A DNA stretch of 64,000 nucleotides, taken from contig NW_026852804.1 in the NCBI RefSeq assembly GCF_026571515.1, positions 1 to 64,000 of the forward strand, written 5' to 3'. The translations under genes and the position numbers were made by a program. Below, in pieces: positions 25,636 through 38,868 of this stretch (position 1 is the first letter of the stretch; the number at the start of each line of letters is the position of its first letter). Under the pieces are notes generated by a model. That model did not search any database, was not told where the DNA came from, and saw only the letters and a list, made by a program, of their open reading frames with translations. Origin of the DNA: Ruditapes philippinarum. Lineage: Eukaryota.

Positions 25636-26998
25636 TTTAGAGAGACAAGAGTTTAGAGACCCGTATCCGTCGAGCGCGGAAAAAAGGAGAGTTGCGGATC
25701 AACAGAAACGACTTGATTCGTCAAGTTTAAGGTAGGTTTCAGTTCAAATTTACTCTTGAGCATTGAAAATAAAGAATACATTCATTACTATCTCAGAAAT
25801 TATCGTAATAAAAATTTCATTAAAAAAAAAAAATTAAATTAAATATCTAAAGTGTGTATAAGATTAGCCTTTTTTCAAAATAAAATTAATTAAATATTTC
25901 AAAGTAGAATAAGAACTTAAATAATAACAACATTTTACATCTTCCAGGTCATCTTCCCGTTCCAGGAGATCCGCCCGTTCCAGGAGATTCTCCCGTTCCA
26001 ACAGATCCAGGAGAGAAAGAAGAATGCGGCCAGACCGGTCCAGGTCAACCTTACGAGGGCAACATTCAAGATCCAGGTAGGTTCATATTTAATATAATGT
26101 ACAATCGTCGTAATTTCAACAGCAATAATAGACACTGGAGTGATGAAATTATAATAATAATGCACACTGGTTACAAGGATGGCATAATAATACATACATA
26201 TATACATACATACATACATAACGGCTCAAGTCCAGACTGGTGAAAATAATGGTAAAATACATAATAAATACATCAAAATGCATAAATTTCAGATCTTCGA
26301 GTTCTTCAACTGTCTGAAAAGGTAGCAGCCCTAACAGTGGACACTCACAACAAAGGTAGGTTATATTTTGCACATATTTATACTAATTACATAAGACTTT
26401 GTTCGGGTTTCTACTAAAATCCCTTATTGTCGTTACAGTCCTTTGTTTGTCGGGTAAGTCCCTCTTGTCGTTAGGGTTATGAGACGCTTCCAAACAGCAA
26501 ACACTTCCAAGGACTTACCCTAACAGGCCTTTTACAACATTGCTCATGGGCAGCGTTACATACATGCATACATACATGCATACATACATACAAACATACG
26601 TACATTCATTACTATCTCAGAAGTTAATATAATAAAAATTTCAGTAGAAAAATTAAAATAAAAATTAAAAATCTAGTCAGTATTAGGGTAGACTTTTTAA
26701 ATAATAAAATTACTAATTGCAGGAGAATAAGAAATTAATAACAACATTCTATATCTTCCAGGTCACCCTCCCGTTCCAGGAGATCCTCCCGTTCCAGGAG
26801 ATCTTCCCGTTCAAGTTCCTCCGTTCCAGGAGAGACAGATGGTCACTCACATCACCCACACGACAATCACATTCAAGATCATGGTAGGTTCAAATTTAAT
26901 TTAATGTATTGTGCGTGTAAATATACATTCGTCTATAATAGACACTGGAGATAATGACATTATTATAATACACACTGGTTAGAATGTTGGTTTAATAA

Positions 26999-27191
26999 NN
27001 NNNNNNNNNNNNNNNNNNNNNNNNNNNNNNNNNNNNNNNNNNNNNNNNNNNNNNNNNNNNNNNNNNNNNNNNNNNNNNNNNNNNNNNNNNNNNNNNNNNN
27101 NNNNNNNNNNNNNNNNNNNNNNNNNNNNNNNNNNNNNNNNNNNNNNNNNNNNNNNNNNNNNNNNNNNNNNNNNNNNNNNNNNNNNNNNNNN
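26999..27191. other. Assembly gap (N run)
   Basis: Run of n. Confidence 1.
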
Positions 27192-27881
27192 TTTCTGTCA
27201 GTATAGTCACTGAAATTGTTGCGTTAGTCCCCGATTGTCGTTAGCGTCCGTACCGAAGTCCCTGATAGTCGTTAGAGTCCTTAATTTATCGGTGAAGTCC
27301 CTGAAACTGTCGGTTAAGTCCCTCTTCTCGTGAGAGTCCCTGTCATGTCGGTTTAGTCCCTCTTGCAGTTAAGAGTTATGAGTGCTTCCTTACAGCCAAC
27401 ACTTTCAAGGTCTTGCCATAACAGGACTAGAGTTATAGTCCTTTTTTGCCGCTATAGTCCAGACTGGTGTGAATGATGGTATAATATACAAATTGAAGAG
27501 AAAGAGGATATAATAATACACACTGGAGACAGGGAGAGAGGATACCATTATACACACTGTAGAGAATAAAACATAAATACATCATATTGCATAAATTTCA
27601 GATCGTCAACTACCACTTCTTCGAGGACAAGTTCTTCAAGAGTTGTCAGATGTAGAACCAGCCCTAAACCTTGACCTTCGCAACAGAGGTAGGTTATATT
27701 TTGTACATATATATACTAATAGCACAAGACTTTGTTTGGGGTTCTTCTGTAGTCCCTTATTGTCGTTACAGTCCTTTGTTTGTCGGGTAAGTCCCTCTTG
27801 TCGTTAGGGTTACGAGACGATTCCAAACAGCAAACACTTCCAAGGACTTACCCTAACAGGCCTTTCACGACATTGCTCCTG

Positions 27882-28058
27882 NNNNNNNNNNNNNNNNNNN
27901 NNNNNNNNNNNNNNNNNNNNNNNNNNNNNNNNNNNNNNNNNNNNNNNNNNNNNNNNNNNNNNNNNNNNNNNNNNNNNNNNNNNNNNNNNNNNNNNNNNNN
28001 NNNNNNNNNNNNNNNNNNNNNNNNNNNNNNNNNNNNNNNNNNNNNNNNNNNNNNNNNN
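27882..28058. other. Assembly gap (N run)
   Basis: Run of n. Confidence 1.
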
Positions 28059-28656
28059 TTTTTTGTCGGTTAAGTCCCTATAGTTGTAGATTTAGTCCCT
28101 CTTGTCGTGAGAGTTCCTGTAATTTTCCGTTTAGTCCTGCGTGTCGTTAGTGTTAGGAGAGGCTTCCAAACAGCCAACACTTCAAGGGACTTACTCTAAC
28201 AGGCCTTTAACGGCACTGCTTCTGGTCATTGTTACATACAACCATACATACATACAACCATACATACATACAAGGGTTGGGGTTAGTTTCTAATACTATT
28301 TGATTTAAGCTCGATTGTGAATGAATCAAGCAAGCATCACTGCTTCACTTTACGTATTTTTCATGTTGTAGGACTCGCCTCCTCGACGATATTCGCGAAT
28401 CTATGCGTCTTGAAATTGTTCGCAAATATCATGGTGGTCAGATGGCTGATGACGCATCAAGCAACAGACATGGCTCTTCAACCAACTCCCCGGAATAATG
28501 AGCGTGTTGAACAGGGAGAAGAAGGTTCGGGCGAATTATTTGTATTCAAATGAGATGAAGCGGGTCAAAGCGCTACTTAACCTTGAAGACTTCCATGAAA
28601 AGCCTGAAGTCAAAGAGGCGATTTCCAATTTGTCTACACACCCTACGCCATACAAT

Positions 28657-28783
28657 TTGATAAACAAGATCAACAAGGAAAGGCGGCGTTCAATGAACGC
28701 AACCCCCATATGACCCAGCAACAAGAACCAATGGCAAGGAGCCCAGGCGGACCCCAAACAAAAACAGGACAGGGCAAAGACAG
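28657..28783 (-). mobile_element. 3'-end fragment of the Penelope-like element inserted in the recombinase exon
   Basis: Reverse complement of about 21647-21774; recombinase-like reading resumes after it. Confidence 0.85.
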
Positions 28784-29650
28784 AGCAACATTCAACTAAG
28801 AGCCCGGTTCCTTATCTCTACTCTTATTATCGACGGAGGGCCAAGGCCCTCCGTCATTCAAAATATAAGTTTGACCGAGGTGGACATGGCGGAAGAAGTA
28901 AAGTTGAAAGACAGAACTACATACTGGGTAATACCAGTTCATCATCACAAAACAGACTTCTTTACAAAAATAATGTCTTGATAACTTTCATTAAAATTGT
29001 ATTGTAGTTTTGCAATATCTCGTATGTGTACATGCAATTCAATCTAGTTTGCAAGTATTAATAGGATGTTACATATGTAAAGGGCCTTTGGCCTACATTA
29101 ATAAACTTTTTTTTTCTGTTCTATTACAGGAATATTCTACCTTGCATGCAAAGATGCAGCCTTTCGGGCAATCAAACAGTTGAGACATTCGATATATAAT
29201 TCCAAATACCTTTTTTGTCTACCAAATGGCAATCAGATGTCAAGTAGCCGTGTCAACTACGAGCTCAATATGACCTGGGCAATTTGCGAAATGCGTAAGA
29301 CGTATGGTCCGTTCAATGCCACTCTCAACAGGAAACGCCTAGCCACAAAAATGGCGACAATCTCGCCGTTGCTTTCGCGCCAAATGGCGAAACAACTCCG
29401 ACACGCTTTGAACACACACCAGAAATATTACAAAATGGTACATGGGCCGGACGAGGCTGCAAAAGTAATCAAATAAAATCAAATCCATATTTATTTCTTG
29501 TCGGATAACATATTTACATTTTTTTTTTATTTTGGTTTCTATTTATAAATTGCGGTGCCTTTGTTCGGTTGCTCCTTTGTTGACCTTAATCTCCTCGTTT
29601 TATAGAAGACATTATAAGTGAAACTACTTTAAATTACATTTTACTAGGTG

Positions 29651-29877
29651 ATACACGAGGCCAGAAAGACAATACAGGTACAGGCGGAGGTACACGCCAC
29701 CGAACAAGGACAAGAAGGAAACAACATACACGAGGCCAGAAATTCAATACAGGTAAAGGCGGAGGTACACGCCACCGAACAAGGACAAGAAGGAAACAAC
29801 ATACACGGGGCCAGAAATACAATACAGGTAAAGGCGGAGGTACACGCTCCCGAACAAGGACAAGAAGGAAACAAAAT
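29651..29877 (+). repeat. 75-bp tandem repeat x3, in frame (IHEARKTIQVQAEVHATEQGQEGNN)
   Basis: Units start at 29651, 29726 and 29801. Confidence 0.95.
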
Positions 29878-29980
29878 ACTAGAGGAAACTTCCCCTCCCC
29901 ATTCTCCCGGACAGCTATAGGATAACAGAACAGCACAGTGGGTGCTTAAAGTAGATCCCGATCTAACCTCACCCCTGTAT

Positions 29981-30134
29981 GCATCACCCTTACCTGGGAT
30001 AGGAAACAGCAGCTGAACATCATCTGCTGGAAGGCGGAGATGGACGCCAGATGAGAAGCATCACCCTTACCTGGGATAGGAAACAGCAGCTGAACATCAT
30101 CTGCTGGAAGGCGGAGATGGACGCCAGATGAGAA
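29981..30134 (+). repeat. Perfect 77-bp tandem duplication
   Basis: GCATCACCCTTACC..GCCAGATGAGAA at 29981-30057 and 30058-30134. Confidence 0.95.
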
Positions 30135-33100
30135 CCAGGAGTTCTTTAATGATTCAGGGCTTTAATTCTTCTAGCAAAAGAAAAGTCATCTAAACCTTTA
30201 ATTTATACTGTTCGAAATGCAAGAAGAGAGATAAATAAGGAAAAGTGGTATTCTCTAAACGAAAATGCAATCAGAGAAAAAATATGGAACATGTTCAAAT
30301 GCTTAAGTAAGCACGGTATGCTTTCTTTAACATCACAATAGACACCAACCATTCATTTTTATATTAAAACTTATAAAAATAAAGTCCTATAAAAAAATGA
30401 ATATTATAGAGTAAAAATACATATTTGATTCCGTTATAATTTTGTACATACACACGAACTATTTTTCTTTGTTTTGATTTAATTGTTTAATTATTGTACA
30501 TACATTTGATTTTGTTAATGATTTTTGTAAATAACCAATCAATTATTTTTGTATAATATTAATTGTTTAATTATTGTACATACATTCAATGATTTTTATT
30601 TATTTACAAGCACATCTGTGATAAATCATTTTGTATAATCTCTGATTCTGTTATAATCTTTTGTAATTGTTCAGGGTTTATTGTTGCCTGAGCAGAGTCC
30701 TGTCACACTTACCATTTTTTTTGTCAACCAAAGGCCCCTGAGCAGAGTCCTAAACATCGGTTTTGCGGGGTTTTAATCCTGAGCAGAGTCCTGTCGCACC
30801 TACGTCTTTGTCAACCAATATTTTTCCGGTTCGTCTCCATGGAAACGTCGTAAAGCCAATCAGAAAGAAAACTTTTTTTAAAATTTTATTTGACCCTCAG
30901 TCTAGGAGGGTTTAAAAATTTGCTTCCGCTTCTATTTCCACTTGTAGGAAAGTGGTCTGCCAACTATGTAGCAGCGGAAGCATGGAGCTAGCGGTAGGCA
31001 GGAGATGTTACTCAGGTTATAACACCTCACCACCTGCCGTGCACAGAACATGCAGAACCAGTGACGGCACATAGCTTTGAAAGGCTGATGCCTTACATAT
31101 TATACATACCATAGATAAACGCATACAATTTGCTAACTGTTAAATATAACCATAAATTTGGTACTAAATCAGCATTTACGTTTACTTTAATTTTTTTTAC
31201 AAATATTTCCAAGTGTAAAACATGCATATAATATATTTAAAAAAAGTGTTTAGCAACGGCCCCTTACCATAAAATAAACAACTAGAATACAAGTAAACAA
31301 TATTCCAAGATAATAAAAAATAAGTGCGATTATTTGACAATCCAATTGACCAGGATTATTTAAAGTTGTTAGTTACTTGATATACTATGTATTTTTTTTT
31401 ATTAAAACCAGATAATCGTAAACAATTTTTGTATCAAACAAGACAACATAAATATTACATAAAATACACGATAGTGAACTTGATATATCTCTTCCGGAAT
31501 CGAAAAAGACGAAATATTTCTTCTCAGCAAAAACAAATTAATTGAATAGTCTTACAGCCCGAGATATATTTCTATTTAAGAAAAATATATTAAAAGACAG
31601 CACAGGTATCATGTCCCTGGTCTTACCAATATGTATGGTAAAAAAGAGGCCATAGTTTTTTTCTAGACAAAAACCCATACTTTCTGTCCATAGATCGTGC
31701 TTAAAACAAAATTTAATTTTACATTAAGATTTAGAATATGATCTTATATTTGAAATTACCTTATATCCGTTTGTACTTACAATCATAAAACACAATTAAA
31801 AGAAAAGAAATGTCCTGGTTTTTTGCTGTCAAACTTTATGTAAACTAAATCTATATTATAATATAAACAATCTTATTTCAAAGGAAGCTATATTATCAAA
31901 ATATAATCCAATAACTAATTCTAAAATAAAAAGTTTGTTTCGCTTTTAATGTCAATAATTCTAAAAGTATGTAAACAAAACAACAGTAATGCGAATGTTC
32001 TTTGACTTTTGAATTAACATTATGGTGTAATTTATTAGGATCATAGACAATCTGATAAAAGTGAATTAATGTATTGAATATACATAGCAATTTCTGCAAG
32101 ACATCAACAATAAACACCACATTTTATACAATTAAAGCCTGGACGTTTTCTGGATGTGTTCTAGTATTTTACAAAAATTCAAATATTCATAATACTTCAT
32201 GCAACAAATAACTCTTCATCAACATCTTTGAATAGTTTTTTTTTAAAGTTTTAATAAGCCCAGTGATACAAGCAAGAGTTAACGTTAAAGCAATCCTTGT
32301 GCATAAAGTGACAATAAATTACAGCATACGGGGTCTCTAAGGACTCTTTGATATTAATGCAATGCAGACACATTCTTGTAAGGATTTAAACATTGATTTT
32401 GAAAAATACATTTTGTTTTAATGCAAAAAATAGTGCTTATTGAATGAGTTTCTCTATTGAGGTCAATTTTTCTGATTTAACAGTGGAAAACACCTACGTA
32501 CTTTGGAATGAAAATGAAACTGTTATTTTCCTTAAAAATAAGGCGAAAAGAAAACAATACAAATCTTCCATACAATTATTTTTTTCAATTTCAATATTTA
32601 ATACGAATCTGTCTTGACACTTTCCGGTCGATCATCTTGTCAAGTTGAGAGCAGCGTCCTTAGATATGTATGTAATTTAGTTTTCTGTCGTCGCTATTGT
32701 TATTGTATATTGTCACCGAGCAGTGACTTATTTAATGGATAAAATGAGTAATATACCAAAGTACCCTATACAACAACAAACAACAAATATTTCTTATAGT
32801 AAGTGCAAAATCAATGACATAAGCGACCTTATATATAAATGTACCAATTACGTTGGCAAATAAAAAAGATGTGCTTTCATTAAATAGTCACACAATCTCA
32901 ATTTAAACTATATTATTTTCATTTCGCTACTTTGTCTAATAATCGGTACGTTTAAGACAAATCAAAGTTACGCTTTTAGTTCGACAAAAGTAAGAACTTA
33001 CGAAATATATTTCCTTTCGCGGAGTATTCATGATTTGCGTAGTTCGGTCATTATAAAAAAACAGCACGAAAAAAGGTGAAAGTGTGTTTTCAATTCTAAA

Positions 33101-36100
33101 CATAGACAGCAAAGTTACAGCTAAAGATGGCATGAAAAAGTGTGTTATAGGTAAAAAATTGTGTACAAATGGATGTTACCATGTTAAGGTAAGACATAGT
33201 ACTTAAAGTATTTTCGAATAAGGCGGCATGGCTTTTTTTAAATTTGAAATTTAGTAGATATAGCTGTTATAAGATTCGATAATTTTACTTCATCTGTTGT
33301 CTGCATAAAGTTAATAAAAGAATGATCATTATACATGTATCTATAATTGTAATTTCCTAGATAGGTATTTCTTTAGTCGCTAAGATACTCGCAGTACAAA
33401 ATTGCTCAAATAAAAAAAACAATTATTTTTTATTTCATTATTTAAATACCATTGAGTGAATAATTCCGTGCAAAAATTAAAGTAAACACACAAGTTTCCG
33501 CAGAAAAGATCTCTATTTATTATTGCAGATGCCACTACGAATGTTTTGATTTTATAGATTTTCAGTACTATCAATTATTTTTTGAAATTTTTTAGAAAGA
33601 TATTAAAAAGAACATTGATAATTTCGAAACGCATCAAGTTTTTCAACCTAAAACGGTTAAATAATGATAGAAAAATAGAGATATCGTAGCAGTATACATA
33701 TAACTGTGTTACGTATATAATTAGGTGTACTTCCCCAGAGCTAAATTCGTAACGCACCTGAAAACGGTGTTTAGCTAAGTTTTCGAAAAGGTCAATTAAC
33801 CAATCATGAACGGTTTACAGATCACGTGCTCCTCCATATACCGAAACAGGTTGCTGCTCCTCTATGGCTCAAAAATTGATCGCGTACAATGGAGCCCGCA
33901 GGGAATGAATATATACTTCAGCCCGCACTACTATTAATTTTGCTTTTATCTCGTAGATATATATTATATATAATCACTCTCAGAGGGATAAGGTATTTAT
34001 ATTATTTAAATTTTAAAATTGATCGATTTGTATTTTTGTAGTTTTACATTCTTTTTTACTTTTATTGTGTGTGTTGTTTATATACTGTAAGATTGGCAAA
34101 AACAATTTTGCACGATCAAACGATTATTTTTAATAAAATGATTGGTAGTAAAATCGAATGATGATTCTCAAATGTAGAATAAATTTTGCTTTTTAAAAAA
34201 GTAATATGTTCTTCGAATGTATATGATAATAAAATATGTCGATAAATATATCAGAAACAAACTAATTCAGCAGGTTAACTTAAAGAATAATTCTAATATG
34301 TATGTCAATTCAATTGTATTATCCAATATAAAATATATTTTAGCATTCGTATTTTAGAATTGTTAAAATATCAAATCACGAATACTTTAACATTCGTTTT
34401 TAATTAGATGACTTGTTCGTGTCATCATTATAACGTTAACACGTCAATTTTAATTCCGAAAACGGGTTGACTGAGCTTATTTTGACAGAGCTGGTCGCCA
34501 TTGATATTAAACTAGAAAATGATAAAAAAAATCTTCTTTTTTAAAATTTTGTTCAACAATAATGCTTACGAAACCAAAGTGCACGTGTACATTGTTCTTT
34601 AACAGATAAAACAACGTGAGCATTTAGATATATTACTAGTATAAACTATGCGATAATTGTTGCGAATTTCATGTTTAAATCAAAATGATATCATTTAAGA
34701 AAAAAGGTTTGTATGTATATTGCATTTAATAATTCAACCATAAATCACAAAAAAAAGATTGTGTTTATTTATTTTTGTCATTTGTGTATTGTCTGCAAGG
34801 AGAATATTTTACAACGACAACGTGTTTTTTCAGTTTAGGACACATGTTTTCGGAAACAAGGCAACAAAACCTGTCACACCCTGTCAATTTATATAAATTT
34901 ATCGTGTAACAAATGCGTCTGTAAACAATTCTATATTGATTTGGCATGAAAATGTTTGAGCAATCTTGGAGATATAAGGAAGTTGTGTTTCTTAACAAGA
35001 TGAAATAATGTTGCAAAACCTATGGTGCATTTTTGGCTACATAAAATATGTTGCATAGAAAGAGGCTTTTGTTTTGTAGCTTTCTACAACAATTATATGC
35101 GATATAAATCCTTGTGCATTCCATATAGTTCATGACTTGTCCAAATATACATTTTATGCGTATCTATATCTTTTAACGTCAGAATATTTTACTAAAACCC
35201 TAATCAAAGATATATGGAATAACGTTATATAGAAATTCGACCTCAGTCAGTGATATAAACCAGATTAATTGATGAATTGGAAAATATTTTAAATAATTAA
35301 TTACATTTTGGATACAGTGTATAGTACAGTGCCTTGTAAATGAAATATTGACAGTACAATTTAAGAGCAGCGAAATAAGTAAAACATTTAGATGATAAAA
35401 GTCTAAAAGTCAATCCGCCAAAACGTATCGACATTTATAATAATTATCCAGAAAACAATCAGTTCAGTAATGGTTTAAGGTTCGTTAGATTTTCTATTTC
35501 TCTCTGTTTTAGGTACAAAATAGTCCTTTTCAGGTAGTGACATCTAATAAACGGTTGCAGTCAGTTATAATCGTGTTGACTAGCATCATGATGTGAGCAG
35601 TAAAACAACAGACGAAGATGTCATAACGCAATTATCAACAGTTAAATATCAATTACTGTTATTCTACTTCTAGACACTTCCATATTAACGACGGAAGAAA
35701 TGGAGATGGTCTATGGTTTGCAAACGACTTTATATGATTATGGAACGACCAGCTGCAGTAATTTAAAACAAGTGTATGGTCTCCGATATACAACTTATTT
35801 CACCCTATGTTATCTACTGATATATAAACATCCTACAATACGACTTATATTGGCATCCCCTGTGTACTCTTTGTAACAGTATAGAATGGAAAACAACAAG
35901 GAATAAATGGATTTACTTTTTCTTTATCAGGAAGTCAATATTTAGATATACGTGTCTAGACTTGATGAATCTATTCCGTCGTAGTATGTGATTGGAATTT
36001 CGATGTAATTTGTCTTCTTTATTCTGTATTTGTTTCATTTGATCACTAAATGTATATCATTTTCAAAAAATGTTATTTCATGACGAGATGGATTTTCATA

Positions 36101-36199
36101 ACTGATGTAATATATACAAACCTTGCATGACTGAAAACACGGCAACAAGAAAATGCATATGTTTGCAATAGGAAATATCAATTATTTAAATAAACTTAA

Positions 36200-36931
36200 G
36201 GTAGACCATGGGTAATGGGCAATATAAATAAAACTGTAAAATTGACAACATAGGACAGTTATATGTCTCACAGGTCACCTGTATGCAAAATTGAAATTAA
36301 ATTTCCTCTGTGGTTTATGAGTAATGGATATATTTTTGAACTAAAACTTTGCTATTAGAAAGTTTTTTTTTCAGAAATGAGGAAACTCTAAATAAATTAT
36401 AATATCATCATTATGAAAAATGTTTTTTCCTATTTCTCATTGTTGAGAAACAAATGATAACATTTAGACGACAAATTACACAAGCAAAAGGATCATTTCT
36501 AACAAAATGTTTTTCATATGTATAAAAATGTTACCCTAACCCACCACTTTAAACATCTATTTGACTATTTCCCTATATGAATAGCCTTATTCAAAATATC
36601 CCTTTAATTTAACACAATTGGTTGATTACACAACATATAAAATACTGTTACCGTATAGTTTTTATTTGATCAAACTTTGAAAATATCTGGTATCATATTA
36701 ATTACTAAATTTGGCACTATTGAGAAAATAAATATTTTCAATAATTATATAATTTAAATCAAACACTTTTTTCTTCAATTTGAGAGATACATAAATAATG
36801 TTTAAAGAAAAAGAGAAACAAAAAAGAGTTGCCCCTTCTGGGCTTTGAACCTACGCCCCTCAATTGCAATGTAGTTGACAAGTAATTCTAGCCTATTTTA
36901 ATACTCTTTAAAGTGGAGATAATGGTCTACC
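36200..36931 (-). mobile_element. Kolobok-type non-autonomous DNA transposon related to 16815-17608
   Basis: TTAA|GGTAGACCAT and ATGGTCTACC|TTAA. Internal about 36640-36910 is the diverged reverse complement of about 16848-17120. Confidence 0.8.
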
Positions 36932-38649
36932 TTAAAACTTGATATGTTAGAGTAAGATATTGAATATAAATATCACAAGTTTAGTTATAGTTATGTCATA
37001 ACAGTCCATAGTACGTGCTGGTCATGTGACATGAAATGTTTGGTTCAAGAAATTGATTAAACAAATTTGCTACACTGCTACTTCTAATGTGTAGCACGTT
37101 ACACTACTAAAAATAAACGTCACAAGTCTAGGAGTGATTCCGGGTTTATAATGTAACCAATTTAATAATAGAACGTTTTGATGACACAAATGATTTAATG
37201 TCAATAAATAAAATGTTTGGTTCAAGAAGTTGCTTAAAATTATGTGTCACTTGTCATTTATGAAGCGCAAATCTGGATATTTGAATTATTTCATAGTTTT
37301 CAATTAAGGTCTATTCAAGATAATATTTTAGTTCCAGAAAGTGCAATACTTTATCACATGAAGCCACTTGTTGTCAGAGTAACATGACCTTTACTTATGT
37401 CTTTATATTGCATGTATATGGCAACTCCTGTAAGATTTTGGTATGTTTTGAGACGATATGATCAGCGGAAAATGATTACATTTTTAGTAGTAACTTGAAA
37501 CAACTAAATATAATTTCAACTAGGCATTGTGTATGTATAGTCGATATAAACAAAATTCTATATCTTAAAGTAACAGAAAAACCAAAACCAGAGAGTGCAT
37601 AATTAACCAGCAGCCAATTGCATAATATACCACGGGAAGCTTATTACCGGATATGCTGTAAAACAAAAAACATAATTGTCCTGATTGCGTATATTATTCA
37701 TTGTCTTGCAAATTAGAGTAACCAATATTATGTCACTTGATATATCAATAGCCCTTGGACATGGGACATTTGTCTGAGACATTAATTTACCACAAATGTC
37801 GTGTTATTAAATATTAACATTGCATAAAACTCACTAAGCTAAGGAAGCAAAACATGGGTTGACTGTCACTATGTTACACTAAAGCCGGTTTGGTTAAAAC
37901 ACTATTTAAGATTGTAAATGTTAGTAATACGTTCACAACTTCACGTTTATGAATAAAAGAAGGAAACGGTTATATTAGCTATATGTAAATGAAAAGTTGT
38001 CCGCCACAATATATATTGGTATGTAAAACAAAAATTATTATTCCTGATTTGGAAATAAAGTAAGAAAAGGCCAATGATCCTTCAATCTAAAATTGGTTCT
38101 GATGAGATGATGTCGCTGTTGACATGTTAAAATATCGCAAAGCTTTTTATGCAATACAATAAACAAACAGGAAATAGATTTCCATTATTTTGCCATTAAA
38201 TGCTTCACAGAAGTAAAAGTCGTTTTCCACAGTAGGTCAAATTGTTCTGTATTATCCATAATTGACTGATATTTCAATTAAAGGCATCGTCTGGCACATT
38301 TGTTTTTTGATATCTGATATTCTTTGAAATTGTGAATAAGAAAGCTCGTTCTATATTTTGCAACAATCATATAACATACAGTAAAATATGAAAAACAAGA
38401 TCAACAAGGAAGGGCGGCGTTTAATGAACGAAACACCCACACGACGCATAAAATTAAATATTGTGTTAGATGTTAGGCTTATATAAGTAGAAAATCAGTA
38501 ATAAAGTTTACATTTTATACAAATAATTCTAAGTTAAAAACATGCTTCTATATTTCAAAAACCTTTCCAAACCCAAGTCCTCTAATTCAAAACAGACAAC
38601 AGTAAATATATACCACAATATTCTATATTACATGTTAACAGAAATTGAG

Positions 38650-38868
38650 CTTTACTGGGATGTTGTTTACAAACTTCGTAAGATCTTGGGTCATTGTAAT
38701 TTTTCTGTTGTCTTTACTAAATTATTAAACGTTTTATTAAAAGGGGTTATGACCCTCCTGTTTTTGTTTGGGGTCCTCCTCCTTGCCACTGGCTCTTGTT
38801 TCTGGGTCGGGTGGGGGCTGCGTTCATTGAACGCCGCCTTTCCTTGATGATCTTGTTTATCATATTTT
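38650..38868 (+). mobile_element. Internally deleted copy of the Penelope-like element
   Basis: Matches 20834-20940 joined directly to 21662-21778. Confidence 0.8.

Larger units (their letters stand above)
25777..28270 (+). repeat. Diverged about 820-bp tandem array with (TACA)n, TGTCG..AGTCC minisatellite and 18-bp ATCTTCCCGTTCCAGGAG repeats
   Basis: TACATTCATTACTATCTCAGAA at 25777 and 26601; block 26266-26545 recurs at about 27575-27881. Both assembly gaps fall in this array. Confidence 0.8.
23564..29920 (+). pseudogene. Decayed multi-exon tyrosine recombinase gene (Crypton-like): 2 C2H2-like fingers, Ser/Arg-rich exons, YR domain, 25-aa repeats
   Basis: N-terminus MPKRQ..YKCTIYKAQVVK then (insertion) VTQHIRGQH..KLRPVLECQKMLTDIPRHLRDVH. 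SR exons at 25947-26076, about 26293-26355, 26762-26883 and 27602-27688. YR pieces: 28372-28656, about 28793-28955 (IIDGGPRPSVIQN..VIPVHHHKT) and 29130-29464 (YLFCLPNG..NATLNRK..MAKQLRHALNTHQKYY). Exon from 29648. Contains frameshifts, stops, a lost donor at 28956 and repeat insertions. Confidence 0.8.

Noticed and set aside
35674-35876. Exon-like open stretch after an AG acceptor
   Set aside because: Under 60 codons from ATG, no partner exon and no recognisable motif.
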